A stretch of DNA of 64,000 nucleotides, taken from assembly GCA_019694455.1 (NCBI GenBank), contig JAIBBY010000003.1:597-64596 (forward strand), read 5' to 3'. Position 1 is the stretch's first letter; each line of letters starts with the position of its first letter. Shown one piece after another: positions 1 through 9,528 of this stretch. The notes below the pieces were generated by a model. It had not been told where the DNA came from. It saw nothing but the letters and a program-made list of their open reading frames with translations, and did not search any database. The position numbers were made by a program, and so were the translations under genes. Origin of the DNA: Pirellulales bacterium. GTDB taxonomy: Bacteria; Planctomycetota; Planctomycetia; Pirellulales; JAEUIK01.

Positions 1-827
1 CCGCTAACTCCTATGGCCGGATGGCGGCCTTGGCGGGCGGCGTGCCGCGAATCGTCGCCAGCGAGCGCTGCGCCGATCCGTGGAAGGCGTGGCACGAGTT
101 GGCGATTGATCGCCGTCTGGCGCGCCGCACCGATCGCATTGTGGTCAACTCGTCGGGCGTGCGCGAGTTTTATCTTGAGCATGGCTTGCCCGCGGAGAAG
201 TTCGTGGTCATACCAAACGCGATTCAACCCTCGCCGGCGCCCGGTGTCAGCCGCGACCAATTGCTGGCCGAGTTGCGGTTGCCTCCCGATGCGCGATTGA
301 TTGGCGCTGTGGGGCGGCTGTGGCCGCAAAAGCGCGTGAAGGACTTGATCTGGGCCGCAGACCTATTGAAGGTGGTGCGCGACGACGTTCACTTGCTGAT
401 TATTGGCGACGGGCCCGACCGCCAGCGCTTGACTCGCTACCGACGCCATGTGCGCATCGAGGACAAAGTTCATTTTCTCGGTCATCGCGACGACGTGCCG
501 CGCCTGATGCCTCACTTTGACGCCTTGTGGCTTGCCAGCGGCTACGAAGGTCTGCCCAATGTGATCATGGAGGCGATGGCGGCCGCCGTGCCAGTGGTCG
601 CTACAGATATTCCTGGCAATCGCGATCTGGTGATTCATGGCGAGACGGGCTTCCTCGTCCCGATGGGAGATCGCGCCGAAATTGCTCGCAAGACGCAACG
701 ATTGCTCGACGATGTTGACCTGGCGCGGCGGCTGGGCGCGGCCGGCAAGGCCCGAGTCTTGAGCCAGTTCGGCCTGGAGGCGATGGTGGATCAATACACG
801 AGCCTGTATCGAGAGTTGTTGGGCTAA
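1..827 (+). CDS. Glycosyltransferase family 4 (GT-B fold), 5' end cut by the window edge
   Basis: The frame is open from base 3. The C-terminal GT1/GT4 signature 'GYEGLPNVIMEAMAAAVPVVATDIPGNRDLVIHGETGFLV' is present. Confidence 0.8.
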   Translation, partial: ANSYGRMAALAGGVPRIVASERCADPWKAWHELAIDRRLARRTDRIVVNSSGVREFYLEHGLPAEKFVVIPNAIQPSPAPGVSRDQLLAELRLPPDARLIGAVGRLWPQKRVKDLIWAADLLKVVRDDVHLLIIGDGPDRQRLTRYRRHVRIEDKVHFLGHRDDVPRLMPHFDALWLASGYEGLPNVIMEAMAAAVPVVATDIPGNRDLVIHGETGFLVPMGDRAEIARKTQRLLDDVDLARRLGAAGKARVLSQFGLEAMVDQYTSLYRELLG

Positions 828-830
828 ACG

Positions 831-2801
831 ATGTGCGGAATTGCCGGAGCCGTTTGGACAAGCCGTGGAACACCGATCGAGCGCGATGTGCTCGAGCGGA
901 TGACCGACGTGCTGGCGCATCGCGGTCCTGATGGCCGCGGCTTCTACGAAAATAGCGCTCAAATGCTGCCTGGCGTCACCGGGGGCGCGCAGGCGGCGCT
1001 GGGGCATCGCCGACTTTCGATCATCGACCGCGCGGGTGGGCGACAGCCGATGTCGAACGAAGACGGCACGGTGTGGATCACCTTCAATGGCGAGATCTAC
1101 AACTACCGCATTTTGCGTCAGCGTTTGGAGGGGTCTGGGCACGTGCTGGCCACGGCCTCCGACACCGAAGTGTTGGTTCACTTATACGAGGACGAGGGAA
1201 TCGACTTTCTGCGGCATTTGAACGGCATGTTCGCCCTGGCGATTTGGGATGCCAATCGGCGACAGCTTGTGATCGCCCGCGATCGGATGGGCAAAAAGCC
1301 GCTCATCTACCGGCACGAGCCCGAGCGACTTTTGTTCGCCAGCGAGCTGAAAAGCCTGCTGCAAATCCCCGGCGTTCCGCGTGAGATCAATCCCACGGCG
1401 CTCGACGCCTATCTCACGTACCAATACGTGCCGCACCCGGAGATGATTCTCAAGGGTTTTCACAAGCTGCCGCCGGCGCACTGCGCCGTGTGGCGCGATG
1501 GCGACCTGCGCGTCGAGCGGTATTGGAACCCCGATTTCAATATCGAGCATGTATTGCCCGCCGAAGAGTATCGCCGCGAGTTGCGCCGCCTGTTGACCTC
1601 CGCGGTTGAGTTGCGCTTGCAAGCCGATGTGCCGCTGGGGGCGTTTCTCTCGGGGGGCATTGACTCGTCGATCATCGTCGGCCTTATGAAGGAACTGACC
1701 GGGCAGCCGGTAAAAACCTTCTCAATTGGATTTCCGGTTCCCGAGTACGACGAGACTTCCTACGCGCGTGAGGTGGCCGAGCGGCTGGGGACCGAACATC
1801 ACGAGTTCAAGGTCGAGCCCGATAGTGTGGGCGTGCTCGAAACGCTTGCTTGGTATTACGACGAGCCGTTTGCCGACAGCTCGGCGATACCCACCTATTA
1901 CGTGTCGAAGCTCACCCGCGAGCATGTCACGGTCGCGTTGACCGGTGACGCGGGAGATGAACTGTTCGCCGGCTACCTCCGCTACCGCGCGGTGAAGGTG
2001 GCCGAGTGGTTCGACCGACTGCCGGCCAGCGTACGCTGGCTGCTGACGAACCGGCTTTGGGAGCGACTGCCGGACGCGGGACGCCAACGTTCCAATTTAC
2101 GGCGATTTCATCGTTGGCGAAGGGCGCTAGCCAACTCGTCTGCGCGCCGCAACTTGGATTGGGTGGGGGTGTTCAACGAGTCGGCCCGGGGCGAACTGTA
2201 CACAGAGGATTTTCTGACGACGCTCCCCAGCCGCGATCCTGTGGAGTTTTTGGCTGAGGCCTTGGGCCGTTCCAGCCGGCGCGATCCGGTGACCGCGGCT
2301 AGCTTGGCCGATCTGGTCACCTATCTGCCATGCGATTTGATGGTCAAGGTCGACATTGCCTCGATGGCGAACCGCCTGGAATGTCGGGCGCCTTTCTTGG
2401 ACCACCGCGTGGTCGAGTTGGCGGCGGCGATGCCGGCGCATTTGAAATATCGGCGGCTGCGCGGCAAGAGAATCTTGATCGAGACGTTTGGCGATCTGTT
2501 GCCGCAATCGGTGCAGCGGCGGGGCAAGATGGGCTTTGGCGTGCCACTCGATCATTGGTTTCGCCATGAACTACGCGACTATGCCCGCGAGATTCTGTTA
2601 GGCCCCACAGCGCAGAGCCGTGACTACTTTCGGTCCGAGGCGGTGCGGCAGATGCTCGACAGCCATCAGTCGGGCGTGGCCGACCACAGCGCGCGGTTGT
2701 GGGCGCTTTTGTTTTTTGAAATGTGGCATCGCACTTGGCTCGATGCCCCGGTCGCCAGCAGCGCGCCGGTATTCGCAAGCACGCTCGCCCAGCGCGCTTG
2801 A
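831..2801 (+). CDS. asnB: Asparagine synthase (glutamine-hydrolysing)
   Basis: 656 aa. N-terminal 'MCGIAG' gives the Ntn amidotransferase nucleophile Cys2, and 'SGGIDSS' is the PP-loop. It starts 3 nt after the GT4 stop. Confidence 0.9.
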   Translation: MCGIAGAVWTSRGTPIERDVLERMTDVLAHRGPDGRGFYENSAQMLPGVTGGAQAALGHRRLSIIDRAGGRQPMSNEDGTVWITFNGEIYNYRILRQRLEGSGHVLATASDTEVLVHLYEDEGIDFLRHLNGMFALAIWDANRRQLVIARDRMGKKPLIYRHEPERLLFASELKSLLQIPGVPREINPTALDAYLTYQYVPHPEMILKGFHKLPPAHCAVWRDGDLRVERYWNPDFNIEHVLPAEEYRRELRRLLTSAVELRLQADVPLGAFLSGGIDSSIIVGLMKELTGQPVKTFSIGFPVPEYDETSYAREVAERLGTEHHEFKVEPDSVGVLETLAWYYDEPFADSSAIPTYYVSKLTREHVTVALTGDAGDELFAGYLRYRAVKVAEWFDRLPASVRWLLTNRLWERLPDAGRQRSNLRRFHRWRRALANSSARRNLDWVGVFNESARGELYTEDFLTTLPSRDPVEFLAEALGRSSRRDPVTAASLADLVTYLPCDLMVKVDIASMANRLECRAPFLDHRVVELAAAMPAHLKYRRLRGKRILIETFGDLLPQSVQRRGKMGFGVPLDHWFRHELRDYAREILLGPTAQSRDYFRSEAVRQMLDSHQSGVADHSARLWALLFFEMWHRTWLDAPVASSAPVFASTLAQRA

Positions 2802-3080
2802 ACCGACACTGCCCGCTCCGAGATTCCATCTGACGGACCCCGCCATTGGGGCGATGGATCGCGCCGCAAGCGGCAGAACCCCTAGAAGCGTGAATTGAGT
2901 CGGATCGCGCCGTGACAAAGGTCGATGAGAAATGCGGCGGGCTCGATTTTGGATCGCGAGTTCGAACTCAGTGACTGCGCACGTACGGTGAACGTATTTT
3001 GCCCACGTTCTGCGATCCGCAAACCTTCGCTACAATGAACCGTCGTCTGCAAACTCGTCCATTCCAGCGGGAGAAGCGCG

Positions 3081-4343
3081 ATGCAGGATGTGCTGGCCGT
3101 GGTCTTAGCCGGCGGTAAGGGATCTCGACTGGAGCCGTTGACGCGTGATCGCGCCAAACCCGCGGTGCCGTTTGGCGGCGCCTATCGGATCATCGACTTC
3201 ACGCTGTCGAACTGTCTGAACAGCGGCCTGCGCAAGATGTTGCTGCTCACGCAGTACAAGGCGATGAGCCTCGACCGGCACATCAACATCGGCTGGCGCA
3301 AGTTCCTTTGCCGGGAGCTTGGCGAATTTATCGACGTGGTGCCGCCACAACAGCGGATCGACGAAAACTGGTATCAAGGAACGGCCGACGCGGTCTATCA
3401 GAACATCTACTCGATCGAGAAAGAGCGGCCCGAGTACGTCGTGGTGCTTGCCGGCGACCATATCTACAAGATGGATTATCACCGCCTGGTCGAGTTTCAC
3501 CAGGAACAAGGCGCCGACATGACGGTGGGCGCCTTACGCGTCCGAACCGAAGAGGCGGCGGGCCAGTTTGGCGTGATGGAGGTCGACCGAAACTATCGCA
3601 TCGTCGGCTTTGAAGAGAAACCTCACCAACCCAAGTCGATCCCCGGCGACTCGCAATTCGCGCTGGCGTCGATGGGGATTTATGTCTTTGGGGCTCGGTT
3701 CTTGTTCGAGCAGTTGTGCATCGACGCCACACGCCAAGGTAGCGCGCACGATTTCGGCCGCAACATCGTGCCCTCCACAATCGACACGCATCGCGTATTC
3801 GCGTTTCCCTTCCTCGACGAAAACCGCAAGGGGGACGCCTATTGGCGTGACGTGGGCACGCTCGACGCTTACTACGAAGCGAATCTCGATTTGATCTCCG
3901 TCGATCCGCAACTGAACTTGTACGACCAGCGCTGGCCAATTCGCACCTACATGCCCAATCTGCCGCCGCCCAAGACGGTGTTTGCCGAGGATTCGCCGAA
4001 GGGACGTCGGGGACAGGCGCTAGACAGCATCGTGTGCCTGGGTTCAATCTTGTCGGGTGGTGGCGTTTATCGCTCGATTATCGGCTCGAATGTGCGCGTC
4101 AACAGTTACGCGCAAGTGGAAGACTCGATTGTCTTTGATCATGTCGATATCGGCCGGCACGCCAAGATTCGTCGCGCGATCATCGATAAGGGAGTGCATA
4201 TTCCCCCCGGCGTGGAAATCGGCTACGACGCCGAGCTCGATCGCGCCCGTGGCTTTGTGGTCAGTGACAACGGGGTAACGGTAATCGCCAAGGCCGACGG
4301 CGTGGAGCATTTTGTCGAGTCGGAGCAGTCGGTCGGATCGTGA
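3081..4343 (+). CDS. glgC: Glucose-1-phosphate adenylyltransferase
   Basis: 420 aa. Contains 'LAGGKGSRLEPLTRDRAKPAVPFGG', 'YQGTADAV' and a C-terminal left-handed beta-helix region. Confidence 0.9.
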   Translation: MQDVLAVVLAGGKGSRLEPLTRDRAKPAVPFGGAYRIIDFTLSNCLNSGLRKMLLLTQYKAMSLDRHINIGWRKFLCRELGEFIDVVPPQQRIDENWYQGTADAVYQNIYSIEKERPEYVVVLAGDHIYKMDYHRLVEFHQEQGADMTVGALRVRTEEAAGQFGVMEVDRNYRIVGFEEKPHQPKSIPGDSQFALASMGIYVFGARFLFEQLCIDATRQGSAHDFGRNIVPSTIDTHRVFAFPFLDENRKGDAYWRDVGTLDAYYEANLDLISVDPQLNLYDQRWPIRTYMPNLPPPKTVFAEDSPKGRRGQALDSIVCLGSILSGGGVYRSIIGSNVRVNSYAQVEDSIVFDHVDIGRHAKIRRAIIDKGVHIPPGVEIGYDAELDRARGFVVSDNGVTVIAKADGVEHFVESEQSVGS

Positions 4344-4580
4344 TCGACGGCCGCCCGTAGCGTCTCGGCAAGATTCGCGGGCGCCTTCGCATTGTAGCGC
4401 CGCCACAACTCTGCGCTTCGCAGTGGTTGTGCGACCAGATTGTGGAAAACTTGTCGATTGGCTGTCGGTCTGTGCGGCCGCGACGATTCTGCTTCGGCGC
4501 CGACTTCATTACGATCTGAAGATCGGTGAGGCCACCAAGGGCCTTGCGCACCTCCGGCACGAAGCAAGGATTTTCACTGG

Positions 4581-5390
4581 ATGGAAGCCACCTACGCAGA
4601 TCTTTCCCCCGCGACCGAGGAAGCCTCGCAGCAGTTCATTGGCCAATGGCGGCGGCTGGTCAGCACCACCAACTGGGAAAAGGGACGAATCCTTTGCGAG
4701 TGGCGGTCGGCGCTGGTTGCCGCCGGCGCGCCGGCGACCGAGTACTCCGACGAGGCCTGGGCACAGCGGATTGGCGGCGTCAGCAGTCAACACGTCGGAC
4801 GACTGCGGCGAACGTTTGCCCGTTTTGGCGAATCGGCAAGCGACTACGCGGGACTGTTCTGGAGCCACTTTCAAGCGGCGCTGGAATGGGATGATGCCGA
4901 AATGTGGTTGGAGGGCGCGGTCCAAAGTGGCTGGTCGATCTCGCAAATGCGCGGCGCGCGGAGCGAGGCGCTTGGCGAAGCGAGCGCTGACGCCGAAACG
5001 ATCGTTGATGAAACGCCATTCGATGACGACGCGCCGACTGATGGACGCGCCGCGGTCGAGGAGATTCCACGCACGATTGCGGCCAGCGAAGAGGTCATTG
5101 CCGAGCGCGATGTGGACGACGAAAGCGACCACGATGACGGGGCAGGCGAGGCCGACTCAGGCTGGTCCGAGATGAGCGCCGGCGGCAGCGACGCGGCGGA
5201 GGCCTCGGTGCCGACTCGGCCATTCGCCGCGCTGCCCGAGTTGCCAATCGACCTGGCCGAGGCGCTGGAATCTTTCAAACTAGCGATCTTACGCCACAAG
5301 CTGGCTGGATGGAGTGAAGTGTCGCAAGAGGCCGTGCTGGACTCGCTGGCCGCACTGCGACAGTTGGCGCTGGCGCCCAGTGAAGCATAA
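4581..5390 (+). CDS. Hypothetical protein with a strongly acidic central region
   Basis: 269-aa ORF with normal composition. The overlapping 4312..5175 frame is Arg/Ser/Pro-rich and looks spurious. Confidence 0.55.
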   Translation: MEATYADLSPATEEASQQFIGQWRRLVSTTNWEKGRILCEWRSALVAAGAPATEYSDEAWAQRIGGVSSQHVGRLRRTFARFGESASDYAGLFWSHFQAALEWDDAEMWLEGAVQSGWSISQMRGARSEALGEASADAETIVDETPFDDDAPTDGRAAVEEIPRTIAASEEVIAERDVDDESDHDDGAGEADSGWSEMSAGGSDAAEASVPTRPFAALPELPIDLAEALESFKLAILRHKLAGWSEVSQEAVLDSLAALRQLALAPSEA

Positions 5391-5461
5391 AGGGCCGGCG
5401 AGTAAATCTGTCGCGCGCCCGGCGATTACTGCTCCCGGACGCCAACACCCTGGGCCGCTGG

Positions 5462-6358
5462 TCAGCCTGTCGTCCATGCTTCGCCGATGGCGAACTCTCG
5501 TTTGGCGTCGCGCGTCAATCGGGTGGCAGCGTAGCGCGGATCGTGGCTCCAAAAGACGACCCAATTGCCATCCGCCGCGCGCCCCAGCCAACGCGGCTTT
5601 TCGCGCCGCGTATCGAGCGGATAGAGGTCGTATGCCAGGCTCCAAAGCCGACGCAGGTGATAGGTGCTTGGACAAAGGTCCGTCAGGCACAGGCCAGTTT
5701 CGCCCTGCGATTCTAGCACCAGCGCCAAGTGTCCGCGTGTGTGTCCCCCGGTAACGTGCGCCGTCAGGCCGGCGACGATTTCGTCTTGATCTTCGATGAG
5801 CGCCAGCTCGACCTGATCGCGGAGCGGCGCCAGGTTTTCTTGGCTATAGGCGCCGCCCAGTTCATCGGCGGCGCTGTTGGCGTCTTCCCATTCCAGCCGT
5901 CCAATGACATGGCGGGCTTGCGGAAAGCTCGGAGCCACGCGCCCGCTTTCGTCACGATGACTGGCGCCGCCAGCGTGATCCCAGTGCAGATGGGTTAGCA
6001 GCACGGTGTCGATATCGGCGGGATCGACGTCGACTGCCTGTAGGCTCGCCATCAGCGGATTGCCGGCAGTCATCGCGTAGAACTTGCGGTCCAGCGGCGA
6101 AGCCTTGCCGCCGTAGCCGGTGTCGATGAGCACGGTTCGATGACCGTCGCGCAGCAGCAGACAATTGCAGGCGCACGGCAGGCGGTTCAATGCGTCCGGC
6201 GTGCGCGCCATTTGCCACAACCGCCGCGGCACCACGCCAAACAGCACTCCGCCATCCATTTGAAAGCGACCGCCGTCGAGCACATCGACGCGCCACTTGC
6301 CCACACGCAGGGTGACCGGCGGACTGATTTGCGGTGTTGACTGCAACGAAACGCTCAC
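5462..6358 (-). CDS. MBL-fold metallo-hydrolase
   Basis: HxHxDH motif 'THLHWDHAGG'. I placed the start at the in-frame GTG at 6358 so that it follows the upstream stop at 6378. The longer ORF to 6439 would overlap that gene. Confidence 0.75.
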   Translation of the reverse strand: MSVSLQSTPQISPPVTLRVGKWRVDVLDGGRFQMDGGVLFGVVPRRLWQMARTPDALNRLPCACNCLLLRDGHRTVLIDTGYGGKASPLDRKFYAMTAGNPLMASLQAVDVDPADIDTVLLTHLHWDHAGGASHRDESGRVAPSFPQARHVIGRLEWEDANSAADELGGAYSQENLAPLRDQVELALIEDQDEIVAGLTAHVTGGHTRGHLALVLESQGETGLCLTDLCPSTYHLRRLWSLAYDLYPLDTRREKPRWLGRAADGNWVVFWSHDPRYAATRLTRDAKREFAIGEAWTTG

Positions 6359-6377
6359 TGAGTGGCCCCCCTTGGGC

Positions 6378-7862
6378 CTAGGGCAATTGGCCGACCACGA
6401 TCTTGCCGCTGGGGGTGCGCGGCAGTCGATCGAGCACAATCACATTGCGGGGGCGCTTATAGTACACCAGCTCGCGCTCGCAATGTTCCTGCACATGCTG
6501 CGCGCCCGCGCTGTCGGCCACCACCACAGCCGCTTTCACGAACTGCCGACCGTTGCGGTCCTCCCCCGCGTACACTTTCACCTCCTGCACGCCGGGCGCC
6601 GCGGCAATCACGTCTTCCACTTCGCAAGGAATGACTTTTAGGCCGCCGACGTTAATGACTTCGTTGTGGCGACCTTTGAGGTAGATGCCCCCCTCGGCGT
6701 CGCGGGTCGCCAGATCACCGGTCAAGAACCAACCGTCGTCTAATGGCGCAGTGTCGATTTCACCCAGGCCCAGGTAGCCCGCCATCATCGAGGAACTACG
6801 AATGTACAGCTTGGCGACGCCGGTATCGGCCGGCAAATCGGCGCTCGATCGGCGCGCCTCGGCCTCGACCCCGGCCATGGGAGGGCCTACGTAGCCGCCC
6901 AACGCAAGCTCATGGTCCGCCGGCCCCACGCTGATGCCCCCCGTTTCAGTCGTGCCATACAAGGGCCGTACATGCTGTCCGGCGCATTCAAAAAACCGGC
7001 GCGCGGTCCGCTCTGGCAGCGGCGCCCCGGCGGTCAGCACGCAGCGCGCCGCGCCGCGCAGGCGATCACCGGCGCCAAACATCAAAAGATCAAGCATGGC
7101 CGGCACGGCGGGCAAGACGGTCACCCCCAGTTCGACCAGCGCTTTGCGCACCGTGGCGGCCTCAAAGTTGCGCGTGCTGACGATATTCGCGCCGCTCACA
7201 AGCGGGACCATGACCCCCATTCCGTAGGCGTAGGCGTGACTCATGGGGCTGGCGACGAGAATCGTGTCGCGCGCGTCGATGCCAATGGTGGCGATGTAGT
7301 GATCCGCTTCCGCAATCGCCGCCGGACCTGGTCGCACGGCGATCTTCGGAACTCCGGTAGTGCCTGACGTGGGATGCAGCGGCACGCCGGGCAAGCTGGG
7401 GTAGCGAGATTCAAACGACGGATCGGCTGAGGCGACGGGACTCCAAAGGCAGTCGGCTGCTAACGAACGCGATAGTGGAGCGCCCACAAGTTCCGCTGCC
7501 ATCAATTCATCGGCCGACCATCCATCGCATACGACCCAGCTTGCGCCGAAGCGTAGGGCATATCTCCGCAACTCGGCGGCCGGAGTCTTCACATGCACTA
7601 AGAGCGGTGAGCCGCCGCGGGCCAAGATTGCCGTCAGCAGGCAGACGAACAGTGGGCCGTTGCCGATGGCCATCACCACGCGCTCGCCTGGCTGCATTCC
7701 GGCTCGGACCAGCGCGTGGCCGAGTTCAGCATGATGGCGCGCCATCGTCGCGGGGCCGTAAATTTGGCCGGTATCGAGGTCGATGATCGAGCCACGATAC
7801 GACTCGAACGCCGCCAGGATCGGGGCGCTACTGAGCGATTGATCTACGATTGCCAGCCGCAT
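6378..7862 (-). CDS. AMP-dependent synthetase/ligase (ANL superfamily adenylating enzyme)
   Basis: 494 aa. Contains 'TSGTTGVPK', 'YGTTETGG', 'GDLATRDAEGGIYLKGR' and 'PRTPSGKI'. Confidence 0.85.
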   Translation of the reverse strand: MRLAIVDQSLSSAPILAAFESYRGSIIDLDTGQIYGPATMARHHAELGHALVRAGMQPGERVVMAIGNGPLFVCLLTAILARGGSPLLVHVKTPAAELRRYALRFGASWVVCDGWSADELMAAELVGAPLSRSLAADCLWSPVASADPSFESRYPSLPGVPLHPTSGTTGVPKIAVRPGPAAIAEADHYIATIGIDARDTILVASPMSHAYAYGMGVMVPLVSGANIVSTRNFEAATVRKALVELGVTVLPAVPAMLDLLMFGAGDRLRGAARCVLTAGAPLPERTARRFFECAGQHVRPLYGTTETGGISVGPADHELALGGYVGPPMAGVEAEARRSSADLPADTGVAKLYIRSSSMMAGYLGLGEIDTAPLDDGWFLTGDLATRDAEGGIYLKGRHNEVINVGGLKVIPCEVEDVIAAAPGVQEVKVYAGEDRNGRQFVKAAVVVADSAGAQHVQEHCERELVYYKRPRNVIVLDRLPRTPSGKIVVGQLP

Positions 7863-9196
7863 TGGCAGGCGTCCTCAACTCGATCCAGCACGATGCCCAA
7901 CAGTTCCTCTGTGTGAGCCGTGGAGAGGAACATCGATTCGAATTGGTTGGGATGAAAATACACGCCGCGATTCTGCATGGCGTGCTGGAAGCGAATGAAT
8001 CCCTCGAAGTCGCATGCTCGCCGCACTGCCCGATAGTTTGTCAAACGTCCGGCAGGCTCGTGTGTGAGAAACACCGAAACAATCGGTCCCACCTGGTGAA
8101 CCACATGGGCAATGCCATGGCGCGAAAGGACGTCTCCCATGCCCACTGCCAGCATTTCACCCAGGCCGTTGAGTTGTTCATACAGCACGTCGCCTTGAGA
8201 GATGATCTCGTCGAGCACTGCTTCGCTGGCCGCCATCACCGCCGCGTTGCCAGAATAGACGCCGCCATGAAACACTTGCCGCGAGGCGATCAGATTCATG
8301 ATCTCGGCCCGCGCGCCAAATGCCGCGACGGGGAAACCGCCGCCCAGCGCCTTCGACACGATCGTGATATCGGGCCGCACGCCGTACAGTTGCTGCGCGC
8401 CGCCGGCGGCCACGCGCAAGCCGCTGATCACTTCGTCGAAGATCAGCAAGCCGCCATGCTGATGCGCCAAGTCGCGCGCTTGCGCCAAATATCCTGGTTC
8501 CGGCGGAATCAGTCCGCTGTTGCCGGCGATCGGTTCCATGATGACGGCGGCCACCTCTGGGCCGTGCTCGGCCAGTGCCGCGGCTAGCCGTTCGGCGTTG
8601 TTCCATTCCACCACGATCAAATTGTGCGGATTGCCGTTCATCCCCAGGGTGCCGGGCAATGCTGACCCATAGCCGGACTCAGGCAAATCATCGAGATCGG
8701 CGTGGTAGCGATGAAAAACCGCATCGCTCCAACCGTGATATTGCCCTTCGAACGCGATCAACTTATTACGCCCTGTGAAGGCGCGCGCAAGCCGCGTCGC
8801 GGAGGCGCAAGCCTCGGTCCCGGTGCTGGAGAAGCGGACCAACTCCATGCCCGGAAACAGTTGTTTCAACTTTTCGGCGACACGGACGCTAATTTCCGTG
8901 GGAAATCCAAGCTGGCTGCCAAACTTCCCGATTTGGTAGCTGACGGCGTCAATGATCTTCTCAGCCCGATGGCCAAAGATCAGCGGCCCATAGGCCATGT
9001 TCAAATCGATGTACTGCCGCCCCTCCACGTCCCAGACGTACGGCCCGTCGCCGTAATCAGCCACTAGCGGAATGTGGTACGGCAGCACGCGCATGTTACT
9101 GCTGTCACCACCAGCAATGGCCTGGCGGGCACGAGCCAAAATTTGCTCGTTAGTAACGGCAGTTGTCGTACGGGTTTGCTGCTCAATCGTGGCCAT
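7844..9196 (-). CDS. Class-III PLP aminotransferase (glutamate-1-semialdehyde aminomutase-like)
   Basis: 450 aa. Contains 'DEVISGLRV' and a PLP lysine context 'IVSKALGGGFP'. It overlaps the ligase gene by 19 nt, which suggests an operon. Confidence 0.85.
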   Translation of the reverse strand: MATIEQQTRTTTAVTNEQILARARQAIAGGDSSNMRVLPYHIPLVADYGDGPYVWDVEGRQYIDLNMAYGPLIFGHRAEKIIDAVSYQIGKFGSQLGFPTEISVRVAEKLKQLFPGMELVRFSSTGTEACASATRLARAFTGRNKLIAFEGQYHGWSDAVFHRYHADLDDLPESGYGSALPGTLGMNGNPHNLIVVEWNNAERLAAALAEHGPEVAAVIMEPIAGNSGLIPPEPGYLAQARDLAHQHGGLLIFDEVISGLRVAAGGAQQLYGVRPDITIVSKALGGGFPVAAFGARAEIMNLIASRQVFHGGVYSGNAAVMAASEAVLDEIISQGDVLYEQLNGLGEMLAVGMGDVLSRHGIAHVVHQVGPIVSVFLTHEPAGRLTNYRAVRRACDFEGFIRFQHAMQNRGVYFHPNQFESMFLSTAHTEELLGIVLDRVEDACQCGWQS

Positions 9197-9236
9197 AATT
9201 CAACTTTTCCGAAAAGCCTGCGGATTCTCGGGCACC

Positions 9237-9261
9237 CCGTTAGCGTGTCCGTCGCTAACGG
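9237..9261. promoter_or_regulatory. Perfect 9-bp inverted repeat with a 7-nt spacer (ccgttagcg-tgtccgt-cgctaacgg)
   Basis: Read directly from the sequence. It lies about 40 nt upstream of the aminotransferase ATG at 9196, on the minus strand. Confidence 0.35.
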
Positions 9262-9528
9262 ACAATTGCCGCGAACTGCCTATTCCACAAAGACGACTCA
9301 TATTACCAAAACAGCCTCTGCAATCTAGGACTAATGGGTGACTATTAGCGACTAGGAAAATTGGTAAGTTTTCCAGAACAGTGCCTCGTTTCTCCGACCG
9401 ATTGCACCAGCACGTTGTGCGCCAGATGGTTCGCCAGCAAAGTTGGAACCTTGTGGTCCAAGTACTCCTGGTGGCAATAATCAAGCATCGCGCGTAGGGG
9501 AATGCGCACTTTCGAATCGAGGCGACTC

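Noticed and set aside
363-1181. Long antisense ORFs over the GT4/asnB genes. The same situation occurs at 3328..4047 over glgC, 13256..14032 over the RtcR-like gene, and 18364..19020 and 20429..21025 over the island genes.
   Set aside because: They lie opposite strongly supported CDS and have the low-complexity Arg/Ala/Gly-rich composition expected of GC-rich shadow frames.
4312-5175. A 287-aa ORF overlapping the 4581..5390 gene in another frame.
   Set aside because: Its composition is Arg/Ser/Pro-rich and it has no motif. The alternative frame has normal composition and a sensible intergenic distance from glgC.
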